Both the position numbers and the translations under genes were made by a program. Below are positions 12,352 through 32,675 of a stretch of DNA of 64,000 bases, in pieces. The stretch comes from Eledone cirrhosa (Eukaryota): contig OZ024741.1 in assembly GCA_964016885.1 (NCBI GenBank), forward strand, positions 207,204,001-207,268,000, in the 5' to 3' direction. A model generated the notes under the pieces. That model ran no database searches. It was not told the DNA's origin and saw only the letters and a program-made list of their open reading frames with translations. The stretch's first letter is position 1; every line of letters begins with the position of its first letter.

Positions 12352-13730
12352 AATATAGACATAGAATATTCGAAAATATTCTGTATGTTTATAATAAACA
12401 TTTTGAAGACCTAATCGCTATAGAATAGAATACGTCACGTATTACAATTAGATTCTCGATAAAAGCAAGGGAAGTAATCTACGCGTTTCATTCTCGTTAG
12501 AAATCATCAGGACTACATATCCAGTGCTTTTATCGAGAATGACACAGCTAGAGACTTATAGAATACTTAGCTGTGTACAGGAACTGGTTTGAAAGAGCGG
12601 TTGCCGGTCCGGCAGAAATTAGAAATTGGAATAAATGCTCTGAAATAGCGATATATATGTGAATATAGACATAGAATATTCGAAAATATTCTGTATGTTT
12701 ATAATAAACATTTTGAAGACCTAATCGCTATAGAATAGAATACGTCACGTATTACAATTAGATTCTCGATAAAAGCAAGGGAAGTAATCTACGCGTTTCA
12801 TTCTCGTTAGAAATCATCAGGACTACATATCCAGTGCTTTTATCGAGAATGACACAGCTAGAGACTTATAGAATACTTAGCTGTGTACAGGAACTGGTTT
12901 GAAAGAGCGGTTGCCGGTCCGGCAGAAATTAGAAATTGGAATAAATGCTCTGAAATAGCGATATATATGTGAATATAGACATAGAATATTCGAAAATATT
13001 CTGTATGTTTATAATAAACATTTTGAAGACCTAATCGCTATAGAATAGAATACGTCACGTATTACAATTAGATTCTCGATAAAAGCAAGGGAAGTAATCT
13101 ACGCGTTTCATTCTCGTTAGAAATCATCAGGACTACATATCCAGTGCTTTTATCGAGAATGACACAGCTAGAGACTTATAGAATACTTAGCTGTGTACAG
13201 GAACTGGTTTGAAAGAGCGGTTGCCGGTCCGGCAGAAATTAGAAATTGGAATAAATGCTCTGAAATAGCGATATATATGTGAATATAGACATAGAATATT
13301 CGAAAATATTCTGTATGTTTATAATAAACATTTTGAAGACCTAATCGCTATAGAATAGAATACGTCACGTATTACAATTAGATTCTCGATAAAAGCAAGG
13401 GAAGTAATCTACGCGTTTCATTCTCGTTAGAAATCATCAGGACTACATATCCAGTGCTTTTATCGAGAATGACACAGCTAGAGACTTATAGAATACTTAG
13501 CTGTGTACAGGAACTGGTTTGAAAGAGCGGTTGCCGGTCCGGCAGAAATTAGAAATTGGAATAAATGCTCTGAAATAGCGATATATATGTGAATATAGAC
13601 ATAGAATATTCGAAAATATTCTGTATGTTTATAATAAACATTTTGAAGACCTAATCGCTATAGAATAGAATACGTCACGTATTACAATTAGATTCTCGAT
13701 AAAAGCAAGGGAAGTAATCTACGCGTTTCA

Positions 13731-13736
<6 letters not shown>
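12341..13736 (-). repeat. 310-bp hammerhead tandem array, left (inverted) block: ~4.5 units, 4 complete ribozymes on minus strand
   Basis: Units start at 12341, 12651, 12961, 13271 and 13581. Reverse complement of the right block. Confidence 0.97.
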
Positions 13737-19376
<5,640 letters not shown>

Positions 19377-19379
19377 TAT

Positions 19380-22300
19380 ATTAATATATATTTATACACA
19401 TAATATTAAGATACTATTTATAGTTATGTATATATTATACTATAAACAACTATACGCGGGGAAGCTCAGTAATTTATTACTACCTTATACCAGTAAGAGA
19501 AATAGCTCAATGTAGGAAAATCAGTGTCTGTTTTACAGAGCAGTAATATAGATTACATAAGTTTCAAAGTTATGTTTAAATCATTTAATCGCTGACAATT
19601 GTTTCTTCTAAATTTTAGTTTGGAGTCATCGAAGCATTATCAATGATTGTACATATAAGTAACCTCCTATTTAACTGAAGAATCATATAGATATATATAT
19701 ATTGATTTTGTGAACAACAGTTTAGTATATATAGGGTGTATTGGATGCGAAATATATTATACGAGAATTGTACAATAATTCAAATTCAAGTTAAAGTTAA
19801 AGTTAAAATTAAAAGCACAGATTGGAATACATGCGACAGATAATACAAGAGAATAGTCTAATAATTAAAGAAGCAATGTGAAAGGAGTATTCAAGCGTAT
19901 AGAGATGGTACATGTTTTAGTCATATATCTGGTAAGTAAACAAGCAAATATAGTATGCATATATGAGTTCTGTATGGCAAGGTATTACATAAAAGCTCTT
20001 AAATGTGTTATGGAGGATATTGGTCAATATTTTCTGTATAGTTGAAATTTATAGGTGTGTAGAATATGAGAGTTACTGATTACATTACATATGTTAAGTT
20101 ATGTTTTAGTTAATGTTTGTATTGAATGTTTTAAGTTAGTTATGGATCGTAACTAGGTCATATTGTATTCAAATTCTTGGATTATAGTTATTCAACATCG
20201 AGATATTTCAACGGTTTAATATCCGGAAGTAGATACGGAATACCATCTAAAGATACATATGAAAAATTATTGATCAACAGTGTCAACTCCTTTATCAATA
20301 GAGTGAGATGGAGGACATTCCATTATGATAAAAACAGATCTAACAAAACCGATGATACTAACAAATTTGACTCTTTCGGTTTTAAAACTTTTAAAAACCC
20401 TCCTCACAACACATTATTAAACTCTTTTGAAAATGATCTAATAAAACTAGTTAAGAACATTAAATACAAAAAGCATCGTAATAGAAACAACACCTTCTTT
20501 AACAAACTTAACGATTTAATACAAATAAAAAAAATTATAGTACATGCAGATAAAACTAATAATATATATAGCCTAGATTATGATACATATAGAAAATGTA
20601 TATATACAGAACTACATAGGAGCTATAGGAAAACTACTATTAAAAACCTAGAAGATATTAATTCGGAAGGCCGTAGTATAGTGTGTAAATTGGGACTTCA
20701 GAGACATACACAACCATACACCCCTAACCCCCAAGATTCACTCTGAAGGACAATAAAGAAGATTTCATTAGTAACCCTTCGATAAGACTAATCTTCCCTT
20801 CCAAATTTGACATTGGTATTATCATTAAAAAATATTAGATAGAATCATCCCACAGATTAAGCACAAAATATATCTTAACCAGTGGGGAAATACAGGTGAA
20901 GTTATTGAATGGTTTAAGGATATTAAAGAGAATAAAAAAAAAAAATTATACAATTTGATATCATTTCATACTACATCTCTATTTCCCCTATCCTATTAAA
21001 TAAGGCACTTATTATGGCCATGAACAATAGTGACCTGACTAGATCCCAGATTGATGTCATACTTGCGGCCCGAAAAACCATAATTACATTTGAAGATAAA
21101 TTATGGACCCGCAAGGATACGCATAACAACTTTTACGTAACTATGGGATCTAGTGACTCGGCGCAGATTACTGATTTGGTGGGCCTATATCTACTAAATG
21201 AAATTCATAAGGACCTACCATACCTCAATGGTGGTTTATACCGCGATGATGCGCTACTCTTTATAGACTATAAAACATTTAATATAGAAAGAACTAGGAA
21301 ACTATTACATAGCATTTTCAAAAACTTCAACTTAAGAATCACCTTAGAGAAAAACACTAAAAATGTTAACTTCCATGATGCTACCGTTTACCTAGACTCT
21401 AAAATATATACACCCTTTCATAAACCTATCGAAAAACTAATTTATGTAGATACCAAGTCTAACCACCCTAAATCCATATTAAACTCAATCACTAAAGGAA
21501 TATCTAATAGAATCTCTCATCTATCTTATAACGAAACCATATTTAACAATAATTCACAATACTATAATCAGTGATTAGCTAAATCAGGCCATAAAAATGG
21601 GATTGAATTCCTACCTATAAAATCACATAGTTACAGCATTATTTCTCACAATATGGCCATGAGGAAAAATAATAATAAGAATAATAGCCACCTTTACTCT
21701 AATACGAAGGGTAGTAGCAAACTTAAGTCACACCAAAGTAGACACCAAAATAATATTATAAACAGAAATACCTCAATATATATTACAAAAAACAAAAATA
21801 GAAGAACTAATACATTTTTCAATCCCCCTTTCAATCTAAACGTCTCTACCAACTTACCTAAGGCTTTCTTCTCAATCCTAGAAAAAGACTTCCCATCTGG
21901 CCACAAATACCATAATCTTATAAATAAAAACACCATTAAAATCTCTTACTCTACCACACCTAACATAGCATACCATATAGCTAGTAGTAATAAAAGAAAG
22001 ATTAATACTTATTTCCAACAAATTAAAACACAGCAGGAGGTAAACTTTCAGAACAACATAATAACTTCAAACCGTAATAGCATTAGTAATAATAGTAATA
22101 ACACTAATGAAATCAATAACATTAGGAATGACAACCATCATAGCCCTAATACTATCCATAGCAACCAGACTTCTACACAACATAATAACCGGCAAGATAA
22201 CATCAAAAATAAATGTAACTGTAGATCAAATAGAACTTGCCCTTTAGGTAATAACTGCTTAACCAAAGACATAATTTACTCCTGCACGGTCAACAGTAAC

Positions 22301-23875
22301 AACTCTTCTAAAACATATATAGGCTCTACTTCGAACTGCTTCAAGACGAGATACCACTCGCACCTCCACTCTTTCAAGAAACACAATCTAGCCAACCCAA
22401 CTTCACTATCTAGCTACATACACTATCTGAAAACTAGGAATAGAACATATACACTTCAATGGGAAGTAGCAGGTAGGGATGCACCGTATAAACCACCGAA
22501 TAAATTTTGTAACCTCTGTCTCCTAGAGACCCATACTATAATCTTTTCGAATCTTAACCTCCTAAATAAAAAATCGGAAGTGTTTGCATCGTGCCAGCAC
22601 CGCCTCCGACACTCATTCCATAGCTTTAAACCTAGTATATAACAATGTCAGATTTGAATTCATCACCACCATTAGCCCTTCACCTCTAAGACTTGCCTTT
22701 CCCCGCAGCATCACCCTCTTTGATCCACTCTTTCCTCTACACAAATCATTTTTATCTCTAGCATTATACTCTAGAAATATTCTTATAGTCACCACCTTTT
22801 AATATAATTACTTTAGATTACTTATAATTATACAGTGATTGAAATATAATATAATATATATAAACTTTAAATGTTAAATGTAACAATGAATTATATATAC
22901 ATTTATAATTAAATGTATAAATTAACATTGTATATATATAGGATTAATTAATTAATTTACATAAGGGGTTTATCTAATTTAACATGCAAATATCTATAAG
23001 TTATTCCATTACCTTACCAAATATTGAGTAGACAACATTCTAATGAAACCTTTAATATATTAGGAGAGAGTAGACTCTATTTAAAATTAAATATAAATAT
23101 ATAATATTTTGTATAAGGGATTCAATTGTGACAATATATAATGTCCATTGGAACAAGTAATGTATTCAGCTAGTTACCTTCTCCTAAGCATTAGCCTCCC
23201 TTAATTCCGTATCTACTTCCGTTGAAAGATCTCGTTGTTGAATAACTATAATCCAATAATTTGAATACAATATGACCTAGTTATGATCCATTACTATAAC
23301 TAACTTAAAACATTCAATACAAACATTAACTAAAACATAACTTAACATATGTAATGTAATCAGTAACTCTCATATTCTACACACCTACAAATTTCAACTA
23401 TACAGAAAATATTGACCTATATCCTCCATAACACGTTTAAGAGCTTTTTATGTAATACCTTGCCATACAGAACTCATATATGCATACTATATTTGCTTGT
23501 TTACTTACCAGATATATGACTAAAGCATGTACCATCTCTACACGCTTGAATACTCCTTTCACATTGCTTCTTTAATTATTAGACTATTCTCTTGTATTAT
23601 CTGTCGCATGTATTCCAATCTGTGTTTTTAATTTTAACTTTAACTTTAACTTGAATTTGAATTATTGTACAATTCTCGTATAATATATTTCGCATCCAAT
23701 ACACCCTATATATACTAAACTGTTGTTCACAAAATCAATATATATATATCTATATGATTCTTCAGTTAAATAGGAGGTTACTTATATGTACAATCATTGA
23801 TAATGCTTCGATGACTCCAAACTAAAATTTAGAAGAAACAATTGTCAGCGATTAAATGATACTTATGTAATTTAT
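19380..23875 (+). mobile_element. Near full-length Penelope-like element with inverted 5' pseudo-LTR
   Basis: ~19580-20241 is the reverse complement of ~23204-23860. RT plus C-terminal GIY-YIG coding region lies between. (TA)n on both sides. Confidence 0.92.
20242..22642 (+). pseudogene. PLE RT-GIY-YIG polyprotein (probably Nematis-type), disrupted
   Basis: IPSK..YEKLLIN..FINRVRWRTF; HADKTNNIY; TMGSSDSAQITDLVGLYLL; GLYRDDAL; VNFHD; SNHP; CNCRSNRTCPLGNNCL; IIYSC...TYIGSTSNCFKTRYHSH; CNLCLLE; LLNKKSE...CQHR. Frameshifts at ~20.75-20.95 kb and an in-frame TGA at 21572. Confidence 0.93.
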
Positions 23876-23904
23876 ATTTATACACATATATATTTATATA
23901 TTTA

Positions 23905-24062
<158 letters not shown>

Positions 24063-24103
24063 GTGTGTATATGTGTATATATATATATATGTATATATGT
24101 ATG

Positions 24104-24147
<44 letters not shown>

Positions 24148-24178
24148 TACATATATATATATATATTATTTATATATA

Positions 24179-24232
<54 letters not shown>

Positions 24233-24600
24233 GTTTCTGGAATGGAGTAAATATATTTTCCGAAGAATAATATAGAGAAGCATTCCGTCGTCAGGAAAGT
24301 CTATTCTCATGTAAGTTTCCAGGCAAAGCGAGGACACTGGCAAAGCGAGGACACCTGACGACGGAATGCTTCTCTATATTATTCTTCGGAAAATATATTT
24401 ACTCCATTCCAGAAACTAATTAGTTGGAAGTGATATTTTAGTAAGTAAGTTAATTTTATAATTTTCTTATTTTACGTCTCTTATATTATTGTTCTGCAAC
24501 CCCATGCATTGAACCACACTGTTATTAAGACAAAACCTATATATTTGCTAGCATTGATATGCATCTGTATGTATATATATGTTACTAGATATGAATTCTT

Positions 24601-24672
<72 letters not shown>

Positions 24673-24867
24673 ATGTGGTTGATTGCTGAGAGAAAGGAGT
24701 ACTCCATACCGAAGTAGAGTTTCAATATTCATTAACTTTTAAATATAATGAAACTTGTGTGAAACCATTCTAAATAATTGCAAATAAACCTTCTTAAAGA
24801 CACCAATTGCGTTTTCAACGTTTTTGTTCCTAGTTTTACCTGTGTGGATATATTTAAAAAAACTTAC

Positions 24868-24922
<55 letters not shown>

Positions 24923-25106
24923 ATTAGAAATTATATATATAGAAAGTGAACAACACAATATATAACTACTCCATTACCACAGGTTTCAGGACTGAAGACA
25001 ATATTAACATACGTCTAGTTTGCTCATCAGAAAGGATAGCTTTGTTTTATACATAGAGCACTCTTTGCTTTTTCATCGGAAATACTTAACACACATACAC
25101 AGCCAC

Positions 25107-25138
<32 letters not shown>

Positions 25139-25704
25139 GGAAGCAGAAAATTGCTTATTGTGATCGAGTTCGTGGTTAAGAAAGCCAGTGTCATGGACGG
25201 TTTCAACGTACGGTTAGGGGTAACTCCACAAATTTGTAAGAATTCCGTTCAATCTTGGAGTATAAAGTATAAAAGAGAAAACACAGGTAAGCATTAAGGG
25301 AAGGATTTTATCCAGGTATTTACGACCGTTCCATTGGTAAGTGCAACCTTATATTGCTATACTGCAAATAGCAGCTACTCAATGATAATTGTTGTTCACG
25401 TCCAAATTTTCAAAATAGTGAGTAAGTTACTCTTGAAATAGTTCTTAATATATAGAGAAAAACATTTTTTTGGAATTGTATTTACTAGTATATAGAGAGA
25501 GGAAGAGGAATTAGAAAGTGTGTGGGGGGGGGGGGGGACAAACTGAATAGTATAGAGAGAGAGAGGAAGGGGGAGAAAAGTTAGGAAGTAGAGCGACAAA
25601 CTGAGATGGAGGGAGGTGGAAGGATTCCTTGATCAGTTTTGATACGTAGACTTCATGTCGTCGATTTAGAGTGTAGTGAGTTAAAGAGAATTAAACTGTT
25701 CATA

Positions 25705-26544
25705 AATAGAAATACAACATCGAAATCAAACAAGTCACGCAGTAGAAAATATATTTGGTATAACCCCATATTTAACACCTCTATTAGTACTAACCTACCC
25801 TCTACCTTCTTTAGAATAATAAATAAGCACTTTCCAGATTCACATAGATACAGCAAAATCCTTAACACTAAATCTATTAGACTATCTTACTCCACGGCAC
25901 CAAATATATAGGCACACATTAAGATGGTTAACGCTAAAAAGATACATAACAACACCAGAACACAAATTTATAACAATAACAATACAATCACCATTGAACA
26001 CAACAGAATATCTAATACACAACCAACCACTAATAGGCAAACAAAACGTAACACACTTGTACAGGCATCGCAGTCCACCAATAATGCCAAAGTTGCCCAT
26101 GACAAGAATTGTAACTGCCACTTACCTGAAACTTGTCCATTACATAATGAATGTATGTAGTCTAACCTGGTTTAGCAATGCACAGTAGAATCAGACAACC
26201 AAAAATGGTATTACATCGGAGCGACTGGGAATACATTTAAAGTCCGTTAGTATACACACTGTTACGCAATGAAACATTCCCAGCACCGTTATGTAACTAC
26301 CCTTGCAAACAAGACCTGGCAAATGAGGGAAAGTAACCATCAATACACCCTGAAGTGGAAAAAATTATCGAACGCGCCCCCATATCGGAGTGGTATGAGA
26401 AGGTGTCGATTATGTGACGTTGAACTGTTCCACATTTTGAGTTCGAAGAATAAGTTACTCAACAATAAAATCGAAAGATCAATTTATTGTCACCATAGAC
26501 TCAAAGAAAAGTGTTCTCACTACAAGTGCAAATCGAACCCTTAA
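25705..26544 (+). pseudogene. 5'-truncated PLE linker plus GIY-YIG endonuclease
   Basis: RKYIWYNPIF...IINKHFP..HRYSKILN...LSYS; NCNCHLPETCPLHNECM; WYYIGATGNTFK; LKWKKL...CRLCDVE...LLNNKIE...CHHR, with in-frame stops. Confidence 0.88.
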
Positions 26545-26966
26545 CCTCTTACTACCAACTGACAAACTGCATATACTTAGACTTTATACCCTCTTATTGT
26601 ATCTAACCCCTTTAATTACCCACAAAAACCAATACCTATATCCCTCCCTTCTCCTTCATTCCTTTTCTATTTCTTTTCGTTTTCTTCCTTTCTTCCCTCC
26701 CCTTTTTGGCTATCTTTTTCGAAAGATCAATTTATTGTAACCATAGACTCAAAGAAAAGTGTTCGCACTACAAGTGCAAATCGAACCCTTAACCTCTTAC
26801 TACCAATTGACAAACTGCATATACTTAGACTGTATACCCTTTTATTGTATCTAACCCCTTTAATTACCCACAAAAACCAATACCTATATCCCTCCATTCT
26901 CCTTCATTCCTTTTCTATTTCTTTTCGTTTTCTTCCTTTCTTCCCTCCCCTTTTTGGCTATCTTTT
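26471..26966 (+). repeat. ~248-bp tandem duplication of the PLE ORF end and 3' UTR
   Basis: TCGAAAGATCAATTTATTGT at 26471 and 26719, with a few substitutions. Confidence 0.9.
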
Positions 26967-27754
26967 CTTTTCTTCTTTCTCTCCCCCCTTCTTTACTTTT
27001 ATGTTTATCATTATTATGTATATCTTTATTTTTTTAATATAAATTTATCTCTTTATATCTACCCCCTCTCTCTCGCTCCATCCCTCCCACTATGAACAAT
27101 TTAATTCTCTTTAACTCACTACACTCTAAATCGACGATATGAAGTATACGTATCAAAACTGATCAAGGAATTCTTTCACCTCTAACTCTCCCTCCATCTC
27201 AGTTTGTCACTCTACTTCCTAACTCTTCTCCCCCTTCCTCTCTCTCTCTATACTATTCAGTTTGTCCCCCCCCCCCCCCACTTTCTAATTCCTCTTCCTC
27301 TCTCTATATACTAGTAAATACAATTCCAAAATATGTTTTTCTCTATATATCAAGAACTATTTCAAGAGTAACTTACTCACTATTTTGAAAATTTGGACGT
27401 GAACAACAATTATCATTGAGTGGCTGCTATTTGCAGTATAGCAATATAAGATTGCGGTTACCAACGAAACGGTTGTAAATACCTGGATAAAATCCTTCCC
27501 TTAATGCTTACCTGTGTTTTCTCTTTTATACTTTATACTCCAAGATTGAACGGAATTCTTACAAATTTGTGGAGTTACCCCTAACCGTACGTTGAAACCG
27601 TCCATGACACTGGCTTTCTTAACCACGAACTCGATCACAATAAGCAATTTTCTGCTTCCCTAACTATATATATATATATATATATATGTGGCTGTGTATG
27701 TGTGTTAAGTATTTCCGATGAAAAAGCAAAGAGTGCTCTATGTATAAAATAAAG

Positions 27755-27828
27755 CTATCCTTTCTGATGAGCAAACTAGACGTATGTTAATATTGTCTTC
27801 AGTCCTGAAACCTGTGGTAATGGAGTAG
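27755..27828 (+). ncRNA. Hammerhead-like motif (mirror copy on minus strand at 24966-25039)
   Basis: CTATCCTTT-CTGATGA-...-GAAAC-CTGTG-GTA-ATGGAGTAG. Stem II pairing is weak. Confidence 0.5.
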
Positions 27829-27871
27829 TTATATATTGTGTTGTTCACTTTCTATATATATAATTTCTAAT

Positions 27872-27912
<41 letters not shown>

Positions 27913-28107
27913 GTAAGTTTTTTTAAATATATCCACACAGGTAAAACTAGGAACAAAAATGTTGAAAACGCAATTGGTGTCTTTAAGAAGGTTTATTTGC
28001 AATTATTTAGAATGGTTTCACACAAGTTTCATTATATTTAAAAGTTAATGAATATTGAAACTCTACTTCGGTATGGAGTACTCCTTTCTCTCAGCAATCA
28101 ACCACAT

Positions 28108-28211
<104 letters not shown>

Positions 28212-28642
28212 AAGAATTCATATCTAGTAACATATATATACATACAGATGCATATCAATGCTAGCAAATATATAGGTTTTGTCTTAATAACAGTGTGGTT
28301 CAATGCATGGGGTTGCAGAACAATAATATAAGAGACGTAAAATAAGAAAATTATAAAATTAACTTACTTACTAAAATATCACTTCCAACTAATTAGTTTC
28401 TGGAATGGAGTAAATATATTTTCCGAAGAATAATATAGAGAAGCATTCCGTCGTCAGGTGTCCTCGCTTTGCCAGTGTCCTCGCTTTGCCTGGAAACTTA
28501 CATGAGAATAGACTTTCCTGACGACGGAATGCTTCTCTATATTATTCTTCGGAAAATATATTTACTCCATTCCAGAAACTAATTAGTTGGAAGTGATATT
28601 TTAGTAAGTAAGTTAATTTTATAATTTTCTTATTTTACGTCT

Positions 28643-28676
<34 letters not shown>

Positions 28677-29034
28677 GGAGGTGAGTTTTATTGTAGTACA
28701 ATAAAGCAATGCAGATATTGGATAAGAAGCACTCTACAGTTTGTGGGACTGGAGTATACATAATATGTAAAACAATATATCTGTCTCAGTTATAAAAACT
28801 ATCTCTCTCTCTCTCTATCACCCATCTCTCCTCCTATCTCATCCCTCCTCACTATACTCCTCCCTCTCCACCTTCACTCTCATCTCCTCCTCTTTTTTTC
28901 ATCCTTTCCACCCCACCCCCTTCTAAATAAAATATTTTTCCCAATATCACACATCAATCTAAAACTACTTCTCATATGTTGATTTAAAACTGAACTATCC
29001 ACAAGTGTTTTTTAGCCTTCATATCATGTCCTCC

Positions 29035-29105
29035 TGTTTTATCTGATGAAAACACAAATATTATTGCATGATGATATTTGTTTTTGAAATGCGCATAATA
29101 AAATA
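29035..29105 (+). ncRNA. Type I hammerhead ribozyme (PLE-type minimal stem III)
   Basis: TGTTTTAT-CTGATGA-AAACACAAATATTATT..ATGATATTTGTTTTT-GAAA-TGCGCA-TA^ATAAAATA. Stem I is 8 bp, stem II is long, stem III is palindromic. Confidence 0.75.
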
Positions 29106-29135
29106 CATGGAACTCCTTTAACCATCTTTTGTTCT

Positions 29136-29178
<43 letters not shown>

Positions 29179-29539
29179 CGCATGTGTGTGGGAGAGTGAG
29201 GGAGAAAGAGAGCTTTTGGTCTATTTTTGTTGGGAGAGAATGGGTGATTGTGAGAGAGTAAGAAAGTGAGAGTGTAAGAAAGACAGAGAGTGAGAGAGAG
29301 GGAGAGAGAGTAAGAGAGAGTGAGAGAAAGTAAGAGAGAGATAGACCTAATTTACATACATATATATCCACACATACAAGCACACAAACATATACATACA
29401 CACATACATACATGCATATACAAACACACACACACACATATTGTATATATATATATATATATATATATAGTGGTAGATCACTGGAAGGTAATATCCGTAG
29501 TGGTAGAGCACTCAGTCCATGGGACGAGTTAGGTAGATG

Positions 29540-29665
29540 TGGTTACACAACAGTTAGTTCACCATACCGAGAACAATTGTTTCACCTTAGCGGAACCTCA
29601 GCTGAGGATCCACTAAGGAGAAACAATTGTTCTCGGTAAATGTGAACTAAGTGTGGTGTAACCAC
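29540..29665. repeat. Imperfect ~125-bp palindrome centred on CCTCAGCTGAGG, containing hammerhead core remnants
   Basis: CTGAGGA-TCC ACTAA GGA-GAAAC-AATT-GTT at 29602-29631, mirrored in diverged form on the minus strand. Confidence 0.7.
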
Positions 29666-29749
<84 letters not shown>

Positions 29750-30316
29750 AGTGAAAACTTGGACGGGAACAAAAGCAGAGGCAGACAAATAAAGGTTTAT
29801 TAGTTTTACGCTCTTGATAACGCGCGCACACACACACTAGATCCCACTACATGCGGCTTTGACCGGGAGGGTCACTTATAAGATTGGGGTTATCTTTTCC
29901 TTTTCCTTTTCAATCGTTCAAACATAAACATTATAACATGTATGATGAACTATATAACTTCGCTAAATTAACAATATTCTGAAAACATTTTCAATGTTGG
30001 AACAAAATATTTGAATCTACAAATTGTCCTCCTCTTACAACTTGAACTATGTGGGGTTTTTTTAATGTAAAATGCAAAATCAACATCCTTTGTAACTCAT
30101 ATGAGAAATGTAAACAACTAATAATTGTGATTTATTTCTATAAAATCACCAATAATACTTATGCTTGCACAATTATTAATCTATATAGATATTTATATAC
30201 TTACAACCTGTTGTAATGTAATAAGATAAAATGTACTTACAACCATAATTCTTCATATAATCTAATTGATTATATATACAATATTATAACTCATAATAAG
30301 TTTTAAATTCTGGAAT

Positions 30317-30429
<113 letters not shown>

Positions 30430-30879
30430 CTGCAGATCTTGGGGTAACACTTTTTATTGTTAACTCCTCACTTCAAAATACTTCTTTAGCCTATAAGCCC
30501 GTCTATAAATACCCTTACCCCTCACCCCTCACCCATCCACCCCTATTTCTATGACTTCTAAATTCAAGCAAAGCACCACCAAGGCTAGAGGCCTGTTTTT
30601 TCACACCCTACAAACAATACTACGCCCTTGAAAAGGCTTGTTGAACACACAAGGGCCGAAGAACTCATAAGAGTCAACGGCCATCTAAAAGAAAAAAAAA
30701 ATCCTGCCAAACAAATGGGTGGCTGTAGTTCCAGCAGCATGCATCGAAAGACTGGTGTAGTGGTTCTGAAAACAATGCGGCTTTACAGATGATCAATGCA
30801 AATTGACAATGGAAAGGCGCACCCGCTCGAGTTAGAAGAGGACTATTGATTTTCAGGAGAAGCAGCGACCCCTGATTGT

Positions 30880-31560
30880 ATTCAGCAACCGAAACAAATA
30901 TGAAGTACACAAAATCCAATGCTCCAGGGCGGCCATGTTTCTTCTTATTTGCGAGTGTAAACTCGGCCAGAATAGAAAAAAAAAATGATTGTGAGCTCTT
31001 TCGTATCCTTCATCAAATTAGATTATTCGTGGCTTGGCAAATCCATTACTTGTTGGAGTTTGTGTGTAGGTATTACCATGTGTCCAGTTCACTCCGACGG
31101 TTTAGGGTAGGTACTCACTAATAAAATGTGCCTCCGATATTTCTAGTTGTACCGTGTCCATTGCTCTGTAACTATTTTTGTGGTTTTGCTCATTCCACAT
31201 ATTTCTTTGTGTTGTAACATTACACTCGGAGACATCGCATTTGAAAAGGTTCTTGTATCCTGTTATGCAACTGGCGTTTCATGGAACTTATATAGTTGGC
31301 TCCGTGTGTGCAGTTCATCTCACTCATACACTACATGGTCTCTCAGGCATCAAAACACCACCTACTGGCAAGCCAGTAGCCTTCCGATAGGATCCCGGCT
31401 CAGTGGAAACTGGAAACCCTGATAATGGATGGCTTGGAAAACAGAACACTACACTCCGTAAGACATATCACATTGTACTGAAGAGATCATATACTGTGTA
31501 GGGTGGAATGCGCATGCTGAACCATCTACATAAGTTCGACGAAACGCCAAGAGCATTTTG
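30880..31560 (-). mobile_element. Highly degraded LINE (RTE-like) 3' fragment
   Basis: Scattered minus-strand motifs (e.g. TGHMV, resembling RWxGHV). Weak. Confidence 0.35.
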
Positions 31561-31693
31561 AAAAAGCGATGCTTCCGAGCTCAGTGTTTCAACACAATAA
31601 ATATGAGTAAGGAGTATAATTGATAATGGATTTCCCAAGTCAAGAATAATCTTATCTGATGAGATTATTTATTAAAAACATGATCATTATACA

Positions 31694-31960
31694 TCTATAT
31701 ATATAAAAATGATGTTGTCTGTGTGTCCTCATTTTTGCAAAGTTTATACAAATTGACATTTCCGCTCCGATTGACTTCAAACTTGCATTTATATATTCCT
31801 TGCGGTCTAAAGATATTAACTACCGCTTTTTTTTTTCAATTTTCTGTTGTTAAAGGGGTGTTAGGCGCCAGTTATCCATCTCTGTTGCGCTCTTATAATA
31901 TCTGTCTGCATGCCTGGCTGTCTGCATGACGTATTATCTTCGCTACATTACCACACAGAC
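31694..31960 (+). mobile_element. Non-autonomous Helitron 5' end
   Basis: A|TCTATATATATAAAAATGATGTTGTCTGTGTGT...CCGATTGACTTCAAACTT resembles Helitron 5' termini and the 5' end of the 1020-5635 element. Confidence 0.55.
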
Positions 31961-32028
31961 ACGCGCGCGCGCACGCATATATATATATACATATATACTT
32001 ATATATACATATATATATACACATATAT

Positions 32029-32158
<130 letters not shown>

Positions 32159-32199
32159 ATATATATATATATAGAGAGAGAGAGAGATAAATATACACG

Positions 32200-32581
32200 G
32201 GTGTGTATGATTGTGTATAGAAGATTATATTAATAAAAGGAATTCCAACTTTCTTTGATTTGCTCGTTTTATTTACAATCCTTTAAAATTTATAAATGTA
32301 TAGGTAAGTATATATTACCTGTATGTTTTGTGAAGGTACGTATACTTTCTCGTACGTATATTTGCTTGTATTTGTTATAGGCGTATATATTATATTATAT
32401 ATATGGTTATGTGTACACGTGAGTTTTGCGTTTGTGTGTGTATGCAGATTTGCACGTATGTAGAGTGTTCGTATATGTGTATTTACATGTGGGTGTGTGG
32501 GTGTGCGCGCATTATATACGTATTTATGTGTGTATATTTATATACGTTTATAGAATTATATGTATACGCGCACGAACACAC

Positions 32582-32675
<94 letters not shown>

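Noticed and set aside
21572-21574. In-frame TGA in the PLE ORF as a selenocysteine codon
   Set aside because: It aligns with Ala in the related copy (YNEALARSGH versus YNQ*LAKSGH), not Cys, and the ORF has other frameshifts. Ordinary decay.
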